Origin: Longimicrobiales bacterium
GTDB lineage: Bacteria > Gemmatimonadota > Gemmatimonadetes > Longimicrobiales > Gaopeijiaceae
Length of the DNA: 64,000 nt
Assembly: GCA_965248195.1 (NCBI GenBank)
Contig: CBDFIQ010000002.1
Span: forward strand, 1,120,001 to 1,184,000
Reading direction: 5' to 3'
The notes beneath the pieces were generated by a model, which saw only the letters and a program-made list of their open reading frames with translations, searched no databases and was not told the DNA's origin. Both the position numbers and the translations under genes were made by a program. How positions within the stretch are numbered: position 1 is the first letter of the stretch; the number at the start of each line of letters is the position of its first letter. Positions 19,827 to 28,987 of this stretch are shown in pieces.

Positions 19827-21020
19827 ATGAAAGTCAAACGTTCCGCCCGCATCGCTGGACTGTTGCTGTTCGGCCTGCTCGCGGTCGGCCATGCCCACGG
19901 GCAATCGACGATCGGCGTCCCGGTGCCGCCGTTGGGGGAGGGACCTTGGGTCTTCGATACGGCCGAGCAGCACAAGATCCGCGTCAGCGTCGTGACCAGA
20001 GGACTCTCGCATCCATGGGCCATAGCCTTCCTTCCCGAGGGCGGCATGCTCATTACCGAGCGACCCGGCCGGCTTCGAGTCGTCCGCGACGACGTGCTCG
20101 ACCCGCACGCTATCTCGGGCGTGCCCCAGGTCAGAACCGACGGTAACGGTGGCCTGATGGACGTCGCTCTCCATCCCCAATTCTCCGAAAACGGACTGGT
20201 ATATCTGACCTATACGAAGCCGGTGGAAAAGGGCTGGGGCGCCCCAGCGCTCGCGGTGGGCCGGCTCGAGGCGGGAGCGCTCAGCGACGTCAGAGATCTC
20301 GTGGTGACCGAAGCGTTCGAGGGCAACTCGGGTCTCAACGGTCGTGTCGCCTTCGGGCGTGATGGCAAGGTCTACATGTCCACAGGCGGTCGGGTAGGGA
20401 ATGCCGCACAAGACCCGATGAGCCTCCGTGGCAAAGTCCTGCGGCTCAACGACGATGGTACGGTGCCACCGGACAACCCGTTCGTGGACCGCCAAGGCTA
20501 TCGGCCGGAGATCTACACCTTGGGACACCGCAACACGCTGGGCCTCATGCTCCACCCGGAGACGGGGGCGCTGTGGCAGCACGAGAACGGGCCCAACGGC
20601 GGCGACGAGATGAATATCCTCGCGCCCGGCCGCAACTACGGATGGCCGGTCGTCAGCTTCGGACGCAACTACTCCGGCGACCGGATTACCGAGCATCCGA
20701 CGCACGAAGGGATGGAATCGCCCCTCGTGGTCTGGCTACCTGCGATCGCGGTCGCAGGTATGGCGGTCTACACGGGCGACCGGTTCCCCGCGTGGAGAGA
20801 CAACGTCTTCGTCGGATCGCTTCGCCAGGGTGGCATACCGGGCACGGGCCACCTTCAGCGGATCGTCTTCAACGAGAGAACCGAGGAGTTGCGCCGCGAG
20901 TCGATCTTGACCGAGCTCAGGCAGCGGATCCGGGAAGTACGCGAAGGCCCAGACGGATTCCTGTACCTGCTGACGGACGAAGACGACGGCGCCCTACTGC
21001 GTATCGAACCCGCTCCGTGA
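19827..21020 (+). CDS. PQQ-dependent soluble sugar dehydrogenase (GSDH/YliI-like)
   Basis: GLSHPWAIAFLP, TERPGRLR, GGLMDVALHPQF, GKVLRLNDDGTVPPDNPF, GPNGGDE, NYGWP. Confidence 0.9.
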   Translation: MKVKRSARIAGLLLFGLLAVGHAHGQSTIGVPVPPLGEGPWVFDTAEQHKIRVSVVTRGLSHPWAIAFLPEGGMLITERPGRLRVVRDDVLDPHAISGVPQVRTDGNGGLMDVALHPQFSENGLVYLTYTKPVEKGWGAPALAVGRLEAGALSDVRDLVVTEAFEGNSGLNGRVAFGRDGKVYMSTGGRVGNAAQDPMSLRGKVLRLNDDGTVPPDNPFVDRQGYRPEIYTLGHRNTLGLMLHPETGALWQHENGPNGGDEMNILAPGRNYGWPVVSFGRNYSGDRITEHPTHEGMESPLVVWLPAIAVAGMAVYTGDRFPAWRDNVFVGSLRQGGIPGTGHLQRIVFNERTEELRRESILTELRQRIREVREGPDGFLYLLTDEDDGALLRIEPAP

Positions 21021-21282
21021 GGCGGGTGCGGAGGCCACACCCCGCGTCATTCCCCGACGAGGCCGGAAAGGCTTGGTGAGCGCGGGCGCGCAAGAGCCCG
21101 CCGCGGGCGGCGCCGGCGCGCCAGCATGCCTTCTACATGTTGCGTCCAGTCGGATTCTCCACCGTGCCGCACTCGTCGCCCAAGTAGCCGTTTCCACCGC
21201 AGTAGGTCGGGTCCTGGAGCTGAAGCAGGGATGCCGTCCGGATCCGTGAAATAGAGGTTCGCCCCCTCACCAGACGGCCGTG

Positions 21283-21304
21283 AACGTGCACAGCAAGGTG
21301 CACA
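21283..21304 (-). repeat. Third pair of arm-type repeats, inverted (AACGTGCACA / AAGGTGCACA)
   Basis: First unit is the exact reverse complement of TGTGCACGTT; same 2-bp spacing. Confidence 0.5.
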
Positions 21305-21559
21305 GCTCGGGCCGGATTGGCCTAGCTAAAAGACGAACGAGGCGCTGACCGCATGCTGGTAAGGCAGGAGCGCCAGCTAAGGCGTGGGACTCGATGGCGT
21401 AGCGGCCTTCTAATGCTGCGTTCAGGCGTGTGATGGCATCGGACAAGGACGCACTCCGGGTTCAGACTGCGGTCAACATCCGAGCGCGGGGCGATGGGCG
21501 CAAGCAGATGGCCGGAGGTGCCGCCTTGGTATTGCCCCTATCTGAACGCCCGCGCGGGC

Positions 21560-21633
21560 TCAGCAGGTGGGTTCGCGAAACTGTGCCGGAGGGTGTGGGT
21601 CGTGACGTGCTTCTCGATCCCGGCGGCCTCCCG
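21560..21633 (-). pseudogene. XerD/integron-type tyrosine recombinase micro-relic
   Basis: REAAGIEKHVTTHTLRHSFA then, after a frameshift, HLL. Confidence 0.7.
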
Positions 21634-21674
21634 ATTGGAGAAGCGGCCCTAATCTAGTGATGAGCACTCACCCA

Positions 21675-22514
21675 TCACCTGGGGGTGTCCATATTGATAG
21701 CGATGTAGCCGAACGAGTCCGGCGGACCAGATTCATTGTTCCTGGTCTCCACCCACTGATGTGGTGTTGTGGCCGGCACGATCATGATGCCACCCTTCCT
21801 GATTTGATAATAGGCCGCAGGCCCGACCGGTCTTCCGTCAATAATGTCCGCGCCGGGCGTACCGGTCATGTAGGTCGCCTCACCGTCCATCAACAGGAAG
21901 ATGTGGCTGTGATTCGGATGCGCTTCGGCACCGTCGCGCGCGCCCACCCGCTGCGCATAAAACACGACACCCGGGTCCCAGAGCAACGGATCTCGGGATC
22001 CTCCCGGCTCCGACATTCTCGTCCGGATCCTCTCGGAGCCGATGAGCTGCACGACGTCTGGAATTCCCCAAGTATTGCCGGATCTCGGCGTCTCTTTGTG
22101 CACTGCAAGATACGCGATCGTTCCCGTGGGTACTTCCTTCCACCAGTAGGGCGTATTTGCCGGAATGACGATCAAATCGCCCTCGTTCAAATCGCGACTC
22201 CGCCCTCCCTCGATCACACCGTTCGAAAGCGTTCCTTCTGTAATGAGAGTTGCGGAGCCCTCTTTGACGACAATGATGTGATTCGTTGTCTCATCCAGAA
22301 CGGCCGTGGGAGACGCGGAGATACGTTCGACCGCAATCGTTAGTCCCGGATCTTGAAGCAGAATGTCGCCCTCTGCCAGGGCCGCTTCCACTTCTGTGTC
22401 GGGGATGTATCCGGGCGACACCGGAGCAGCGAACTGAGCCGCGGCCACCGTGGGTAAACTCACGATGACCGTTACGACCGCCATTCCTACAACTGCCGAG
22501 AGCAACTTCATCAT
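21675..22514 (-). CDS. Secreted double-cupin-like protein
   Basis: Signal peptide; two repeats ending GDLIVIPANTPYWW and GGIMIVPATTPHQW; AEAHPNHSH. Confidence 0.7.
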   Translation of the reverse strand: MMKLLSAVVGMAVVTVIVSLPTVAAAQFAAPVSPGYIPDTEVEAALAEGDILLQDPGLTIAVERISASPTAVLDETTNHIIVVKEGSATLITEGTLSNGVIEGGRSRDLNEGDLIVIPANTPYWWKEVPTGTIAYLAVHKETPRSGNTWGIPDVVQLIGSERIRTRMSEPGGSRDPLLWDPGVVFYAQRVGARDGAEAHPNHSHIFLLMDGEATYMTGTPGADIIDGRPVGPAAYYQIRKGGIMIVPATTPHQWVETRNNESGPPDSFGYIAINMDTPR

Positions 22515-22811
22515 CAATTCGTCCTCCCTAGTCGTCCGAAGAAACTCGAAGGCATGGCGCCAACGGCGACGGCAGCTGATCGTTGTATCCTCCGCACTCG
22601 CAACACTGATAATCGAGAATCACCTCGGTATCAGAGGATCAGACCGCGTTCAACATCCGATAGCGGGGCGGTAGGCGCAAGCAGAAGCCCGTCACAAGCC
22701 CAGAATCCGCCGTTCGTAGCCTAACTTAGACGGTAATCTGCAGGGGGTTCATCGTCACCGTGGGCTCCATCACGATGGGACGACCTCTGTTCGGACCCCG
22801 GATTCTGGGCT

Positions 22812-22948
22812 CGCGTCACCCAACGCCACTGCTCTCGCATCGCCCAAACGCTCAACAACAGACCTCGTAAGCGACTCGGCTTCCGAACCCCTAAGGAGTG
22901 CTATGAAAACATCTCAACTATCTAGCCCGTGTTGCACTTCAAAGTTGA
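22812..22948 (+). mobile_element. IS30-family relic (transposase C-terminus and right end)
   Basis: IAQTLNNRPRKRLGFRTP..stop at 22925, then GTGTTGCACTTCAAAGTTGA. Confidence 0.8.
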
Positions 22949-23715
22949 TGCTGAGCCGCAACTTCACCGCGCACTATATGAGCACATTGCAACATTCCAG
23001 CACGCTCGAGCGTTTTCCTCGATGCTTCGTTGTCGCTCGCGCATCGTGCCGCGGGGCGCCGTTCCATCTCATAGCAGATGCGCTTGAGTTCCTGAACAAG
23101 ATAGGTCCCGTAACCCTGACGACGATGCCCTGCGGCGACCTCCATGTAGATGTCGCCATACGGTGGGTTGTAGTGGAACATCAGTCCGCCTGTGGCGATC
23201 AGCTCACCGTTGAGGTCAAGGCCCCAGTCCCCGACTGGTTCATGAGAGTGCGGAAAGATGCTCCGTCGGTCGACGCCCGTTAGGGTGCGGAGAACGATGC
23301 CACCGATGGCATGCTGCGTGGTGAAGCCGTCTGTAAATAGAACCCTGTCGGTCACCAGTCCATTGGCGGACTCAAAGAGCGGCGCCATGAGGAAGGGGTC
23401 GTTCGTCTGAGCCTCGATCCAGCGGGGTCGTGCGGTCGTAACGAGTGCTCGAAACAGGTGCAGCGCGGCCGGTCGATGCCCTGGGACCACGTAGAACTCT
23501 TTAACGATCTCCCTTGGCGGATGGGGATCGCCGGCGACGGAGCCGTACCCAACGACTTCTCCCCGGACCTTCAGAAGATAGGAGTCGGTGAAGCCGCGCT
23601 CATGGTAGGAGTCGTGCACGATCTGGCAGTCCATGGCCCTTCGGTAGTCGTCCCTCAGGGAGAGGATTGCCTCAAGAGGCTTGCGAACAACCTCGATGCT
23701 CAGCGGTTCGACCAG
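22939..23715 (-). CDS. GNAT-family acetyltransferase (start uncertain)
   Basis: GDIYMEVAAGHRRQGYGT acetyl-CoA motif; NEASRKTLERAG. Confidence 0.8.
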   Translation of the reverse strand: MVEPLSIEVVRKPLEAILSLRDDYRRAMDCQIVHDSYHERGFTDSYLLKVRGEVVGYGSVAGDPHPPREIVKEFYVVPGHRPAALHLFRALVTTARPRWIEAQTNDPFLMAPLFESANGLVTDRVLFTDGFTTQHAIGGIVLRTLTGVDRRSIFPHSHEPVGDWGLDLNGELIATGGLMFHYNPPYGDIYMEVAAGHRRQGYGTYLVQELKRICYEMERRPAARCASDNEASRKTLERAGMLQCAHIVRGEVAAQHQL

Positions 23716-23856
23716 GTGCGGTCCCCGTCGGTAATAGTTGCGGTCTAACGGATTTGCGATTCTGATCTTATAAGGCGAAAGGCTGACCTCACTCGAGCGT
23801 GGCGTTACGCTGATCTTGCTCAAAGGCCTGCGGCACCCAACCCAAGGAGGCCAGCC

Positions 23857-24259
23857 ATGTTTGTCGCAGGAATCGATGCTCACGCAACGTATTCGGTGAT
23901 CGCCATCGTGAGCAATACAGGTCAGCTCGTGGCCGGACCCATCCGGATCAAGAACACACAAGAGGATCGACTCGATGATCTACTTCAGCAGTATCAGCCC
24001 CTGGAGGTGGTCGTCGAGACGAGTCCGGCCTGGCCGTGGCTCTTCGATCGACTCCAAGAGCGGGGGATCGACTTCGTGCTCGCTCACGCCAAGCGGCTCC
24101 GAGTCATTGCCGAGTCCAACTACAAGAGTGACGACATCGACGCCGAGTTGTTGGCGCGTATGCGGCTCGCGGGCCTCATCCCCGAGGTCCATCCGAAGTG
24201 CATTGAACAACGGGAGCAGGCGGTACTGCTACGCAACCGGGCGAGACTCGTACGCGAAC
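23857..24259 (+). pseudogene. Second IS110-family transposase, N-terminal part only
   Basis: AGIDAH, VVVET, KSDDIDAELLAR (DEDD); SD AAGGAGG; cut by IS256 copy 3. Confidence 0.88.
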
Positions 24260-25635
24260 GGTAGTGTCCCTAGATTTGTGTAAAAGCGGATAAGCTGGAC
24301 AGGAGGGAAAGAAAAACGGAAGCTCCTCTGTTGTTGTTCACTGTCACATGAACCCGGGAGTCCGGGTCTGCAGAGCAGGCTCGGAACCGGAGAGGAGCTT
24401 CCGATGCAAGAGATTGTGGAGATCGGTCGGGCCACGCAAGACGAGCTACGCGATGATTTGCGCGAGCTGTTTCAAGGCGCGATCCGGCTGACGCTCGAGA
24501 TGGTGCTGGAAGAGGAGCTGAAGGCCATGGTAGGTGCACGCCGCTTCGAGCGGGTGGGAAGCCGGAAGGACCATAGGAACGGCACATACCTGAGGCGGCT
24601 GCTGACGAGCCTGGGGCAGATCGAGGTCGCCATGCCCCGGAGCCGGGACAACGGTTCGCCGGCCGACGTGATCGGCCGCTACCAGCGCAGGAGCCCCGAG
24701 CTCGACGAGATGATGGTCGAGGCGTATGTGAGCGGCGTGTCACAGCGCAAGATGGGCGACGTCACCGAGGCGCTGATGGGCGAGCGTGTTGGGCGCTCGA
24801 CGGTGAGTCGTGTGGCAAAACGGCTCGACGAGGCCGTGGAAGGGCTGCGCCGTGCGCCGATCGAGGGGCCTCACCCCTATCTGTACCTGGACGCCACGTT
24901 CTTGGACGCCCGCTGGGCCCGCAAAGTCGAGAACGTGAGTGCGCTCGTGGCGTATGCAGTGGGCCCTGAGGGTCACCGACGGCTCCTGGCCGTCACGCTG
25001 GGCGCTGAGGAGTCGCAGCAGAGCTGGTCGGAGCTCCTCGAGCAACTCCAGGACCGCGGCCTCGGCGGTGTCGAGCTCGTGATCGCCGATGAGCACGCAG
25101 GCCTGGCAGCTGCGGTCCGCCGCTTCCTGCCCGAGGCACGCCGTCAGAGGTGTACGGTCCATCTGCAGCGTAATGTGGGGGCGAGGGTCCCCCACCGCCT
25201 ACGCAAGCGCGTGGCGCGTGAGGTCTCGGTGATCTTCCAGACATCCGGACTCGCCGAGGCGAAGAAGCTCCTGGGCGAGTTCGGCGCACGCTGGAAGAAG
25301 GAGCTGCCCGAGGCCGTGGAGGTCCTGGAGCGGGGCTTCGGGGCAGCGACGCAGTTCTACGCGTTCCCCGAGGCGCACTGGCCCCGGCTGCGTACCACCA
25401 ACAGCCTCGAGCGGCTGCACGGCGAGATCAAACGCAGGATCAAGGCCGCCGGCGCCTTCCCGGACCGGGCCAGCGCCCTCAGGCTCATCACGGCCGTCGC
25501 ACTCAGGACCACACACGTCTGGGGCGACCGGCGTTACCTCGACCTCTCACTCCTCCAGAAACAGGAGGTCGCCCAAGCAGCCTAGCCGAAGGCGAGGAGC
25601 TTCCTCCGCTTTTACACACAAATCGGGACTTGACC
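24260..25635 (+). mobile_element. IS256-family element, copy 3 (1,376 bp)
   Basis: Same ends and length as copies 1 and 2; no TSD. Confidence 0.95.
24404..25585 (+). CDS. IS256-family transposase
   Basis: Protein identical to the other copies. Confidence 0.97.
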   Translation: MQEIVEIGRATQDELRDDLRELFQGAIRLTLEMVLEEELKAMVGARRFERVGSRKDHRNGTYLRRLLTSLGQIEVAMPRSRDNGSPADVIGRYQRRSPELDEMMVEAYVSGVSQRKMGDVTEALMGERVGRSTVSRVAKRLDEAVEGLRRAPIEGPHPYLYLDATFLDARWARKVENVSALVAYAVGPEGHRRLLAVTLGAEESQQSWSELLEQLQDRGLGGVELVIADEHAGLAAAVRRFLPEARRQRCTVHLQRNVGARVPHRLRKRVAREVSVIFQTSGLAEAKKLLGEFGARWKKELPEAVEVLERGFGAATQFYAFPEAHWPRLRTTNSLERLHGEIKRRIKAAGAFPDRASALRLITAVALRTTHVWGDRRYLDLSLLQKQEVAQAA

Positions 25636-26494
25636 TCCATGCATTCTGGAGGAGGTTAGTCAGGAGAATCCTCAAGAGCGCATTGTCCCCAAGGGCCTTG
25701 ATTCCAGCCTCTACCTCGAACGCCACGTCACGATCCGGGACCCGCGCACGCAAATCGTCGATGATGTCTTGTCCTAACGCTGAAAGGTTGACTTCCGCTC
25801 GACTGATCTCGGCTTGGTTCACGTCAGCGAGGTCGCGAAGGTCGTCGATGGTATACATCATGTGGCGGCCCGCGGCCCAAATGCGCTGTAGGTCGTCCTT
25901 CTCCTGTTCATCGAGGGAGTCGCCGAGGGTCTCGCGAAGCTGGTGGCTGAAGTTAGTAACGATCAGTAATGGGTTCCTCAGGTCGTGCGCTAGGGCGTAG
26001 TTGAACGCCTCTAGCTCCTGATTCGCCACTTCGAGTGCCGCGACCGAGTGTTCAAGCTCCCGCTCCGCAGCCGCCCGCTCAGTGATGTCTTGAACGGCGC
26101 AGCTTACTCCCACCACCGTGCCGTCCGGGGATCTGACGGGATAGAAGTTGTGTTGGAACGTCCTCATGATTCCGGGATGGGCCGGCGTCTGCGCCTCGAC
26201 GGTCTCCGCCTCGATCGGTTCACCGGTCGTGATCACCTGGCGTAGCTGCTCCTCGACGCCCCGTGCGACATCAGGAAGGACGTCGCCGACGCTTCGGCCC
26301 AGGTGTTCCTTGACCGCCAGCCCGTTGACGGCTGCGAGCCATTCGTTGATGTGGATATAGCGTAGGTCCATATCGAAGTAGCAGAGGCCCATGGGTGCCT
26401 TCCTATAGGCCAGGCCTTCCGGTTCGGGGTCTCGGACCCGGTTGGCCTGTTGGGCCGACCCGCCTCGAACTGGTGATCCTTTCCTATCTCCCAC
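25636..26494 (-). pseudogene. PAS-domain histidine kinase truncated in the ATPase domain
   Basis: PAS (DLRYIHINEWLAAVNG), H-box ALAHDLRNPL, N-box LTNLLQNAW then the IS256 end. Confidence 0.88.
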
Positions 26495-26901
26495 CGTTAC
26501 CTCACTAGAACAAACGAAAGATCACCGACCGTCGGGGAGAGACGACCCCCACTTAGAAATTCGGCAACGCTAAGATACTCGATGGGACCAAGGAGAACGA
26601 CCTCGGGGGAGGTGCGGAAACGCACGCTCTGGATCAGCGAACCCAATCCGCCGGACCTCGGGTCCGCCGTAGCGGAAGAGTGTGTCGGAGATATGGCTCT
26701 CCTTTCTTTTTTGCCGGCACGTCCTGATGTCGCGAACTTTTCAAGGCGGGGGCGGGACGCCTCGCTTCCCGGGGGGGACAATTACTCTAGGGTGCCGTCG
26801 GGCTAGGCGCAAGCCGGGCAGTAGGCCCACTTCTCTCGGTCCAGGGGGCCGCTCACCCGATTCAGTTCATGCTTCTTAAGGAGTGATCTGATCCACGTAG
26901 T

Positions 26902-27075
26902 ATGAAGCTGCTAAGTACTGAAGAAGTGAGAGATTCTTTACAGGGAATTCTCGAGCTATCTCTCAAGACTGCTCAAGACATTCAGGGTGTCTTGGATGAC
27001 CTGGCTTCACGTCAACCCGTCCCGGAGGGAGCCGAACATCCTGAGGTGACACCCGACGAGGGCGAAGAACGCTAG
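26902..27075 (+). CDS. Possible 57-aa small protein
   Basis: MKLLSTEEVRDSLQGILELSLKTAQDIQGVLDDLA... amphipathic helix with acidic tail; SD spacing poor. Confidence 0.3.
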   Translation: MKLLSTEEVRDSLQGILELSLKTAQDIQGVLDDLASRQPVPEGAEHPEVTPDEGEER

Positions 27076-27210
27076 GGTAGAGCCTCAAAATCCAATTACC
27101 GCGGGATGCATCATATTCTAGGAGACACAGGTTTGATGTCCTGGTCCGAATCTGTGAGCTGGTGAAGACCGGCCGCGAGCAGCGTCGGGCCCTTCGCAGG
27201 ACGCCGTACT

Positions 27211-27303
27211 TCCTCGAGATGGGCCGCCCTTATCGCTCGCATCTACAACGTCCTTCCGCTCGTCCGCCCGTCCTGCGGTGCTTCGATGCGCATCATCGCC
27301 TTA
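27211..27303 (+). pseudogene. IS91-family transposase C-terminal relic
   Basis: RWAALIARIYNVLPLVRPSCGASMRIIA matches the WAxLIARIYEVxPLxCPxCGxxMRIIA zinc-ribbon tail. Confidence 0.7.
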
Positions 27304-27361
27304 GCGCGGCGGCGACCTGGCCTCACGTATCGATACCGCCTCCACCGTGACAGGCTCGAAT

Positions 27362-28846
27362 TCACAATATGAGCCCGACGATCTCCCTAGCCTCTCCCGT
27401 TAGCTCGACGATGTGCATGCCCGTATTCGCCCGATCCACGAGATAGATGTAACCGCGATCATCGACCTCCACGTTGTTCGTCTGGATAGCGACTTTACAC
27501 TGGTCCTGGCCGGCTACAGTGATGCATCGCTCGGCGGTATTCTCGTTGATGGCGGGGATGTAATAGCCAACCTCGACGGGGTTGTAGGGGTCGCGAATAT
27601 CCACGACGCGCACGCCCGCATTGAACCAGGTGACAAACAGGAGCTTACCGTAGTAGATGGGCGTGAGATTCTCATTGGACCCATGGGCGCCGAAGCGTCC
27701 GCCTCGCTGGCAAAAGTCGCCGCTGGCATCAGGAACGTTGAAGCTGGAAACGGGCCATGGGTGCGCTTCGTCCGTAATTTCCACCATGAACATCATTTGC
27801 CGAGCCTGGTCCGTGCATTCGTTTCGGGTTTGTTCGTTCACGATTGCGACGAAATCCTGCCGATCCATGGCCTGATCGTTGGCAAACTCTTCGAGCTGCA
27901 TATCGAGGATCGGAAAGGCGGTGTGGGCGCCCATATAGTCCGGTAGCCTGAGCTGTCCGACCACGGGTGCGCTTAGCTCCTCTGCAGTCGGGTTGGCAGG
28001 ATCCACGAGCGAGTCATTGATGAGGATGTCGCGATCCAGGATCGCGAGCACACCGCGCTCCGCCGTACCGTGGCCGCAATAGACGCGGTTCTTTTCCACC
28101 ACCGAAACGCAGCCGTGCAGATCCATGGGGGCATCACCGGTCCCGCCCGGCTGCTGTCCGACCAGGCCGAAGTTGCGGATGAACTTCGGCTCCGACGGAT
28201 CGCTGAGATCATAGATCTGCATCATACGAAGCGTACGCCAGCCAGGGACGCCCGATACGAGATAGGCGATGCCGGTCTCGCACTCCCACCAGGTCTTGTG
28301 GGTATCCGTGAGGCCGTCCACAAGGAGACTCAGCAGCTCCGGCGCAGCAGGATCAGTCACATCGAAAACCTGATGGTAGGAGGCGCCGGCTCGCAGTAAG
28401 TAGGCTCGGCCGGCTCGGCCGTTCGCTAGCTCGTCGCCCGTGCAAATTCGTACCATCTGGGCCCCTGAGCTGCCCTCAATGGGGGGGATGTGGTGAAGAT
28501 AGACCGGATTTTCCGGGTCTGTGACGTCGACGATCGACGTCCCGTTCTGCTCGACGTCACCTGTTAACGTATTCAGAGCCTCCCCGGCATGATGTCCGAC
28601 ATAAGCGATCCATCGTTCTTCCCCGGCGACGATCTGTCGCTTGATCTCAGGTTGATAGGCCGTTCGGGCTTGAAGCGCTTCGTGACCGAGTAGGCGCACG
28701 TTATCGCTCTGGGCCCGATTCGGGCCGTCAGGCGCGACCGGACTGGCCCAGAGATTCTGTTGGCTGACCGCCGCTAGGCTCAAGGCGCCTAACACGATCA
28801 TCAGGAAGAGCGCACGGAGGAGTCTCCGGTGGTGTGATGGCTGCAT
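27362..28846 (-). CDS. Secreted LVIVD-repeat beta-propeller protein
   Basis: GTSIVDVTDPENP, VFDVTDPAAP, IYDLSDPSEP, GVRVVDIRDPYNPVEVGYYIP; SD AGGAG. Confidence 0.85.
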   Translation of the reverse strand: MQPSHHRRLLRALFLMIVLGALSLAAVSQQNLWASPVAPDGPNRAQSDNVRLLGHEALQARTAYQPEIKRQIVAGEERWIAYVGHHAGEALNTLTGDVEQNGTSIVDVTDPENPVYLHHIPPIEGSSGAQMVRICTGDELANGRAGRAYLLRAGASYHQVFDVTDPAAPELLSLLVDGLTDTHKTWWECETGIAYLVSGVPGWRTLRMMQIYDLSDPSEPKFIRNFGLVGQQPGGTGDAPMDLHGCVSVVEKNRVYCGHGTAERGVLAILDRDILINDSLVDPANPTAEELSAPVVGQLRLPDYMGAHTAFPILDMQLEEFANDQAMDRQDFVAIVNEQTRNECTDQARQMMFMVEITDEAHPWPVSSFNVPDASGDFCQRGGRFGAHGSNENLTPIYYGKLLFVTWFNAGVRVVDIRDPYNPVEVGYYIPAINENTAERCITVAGQDQCKVAIQTNNVEVDDRGYIYLVDRANTGMHIVELTGEAREIVGLIL

Positions 28847-28987
28847 GGGTTCTCTCCTAAAGTGGCGCACAGGCTCGGAATCGTTGACCAAAATTCGGCC
28901 TCTCACCGGGCCGATCGGCCCGAGTCACGTTGACCGATGGGCTCTCCATCGAGCCAAGCTAGAGCTCCTCGAGCACAGGCGCCGGGC

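Noticed and set aside
21402..21414. GCGGC-CTTCTAA looks like a tRNA-Arg(TCT) anticodon arm att remnant
   Set aside because: Only about 12 bp and no T-arm; could be chance
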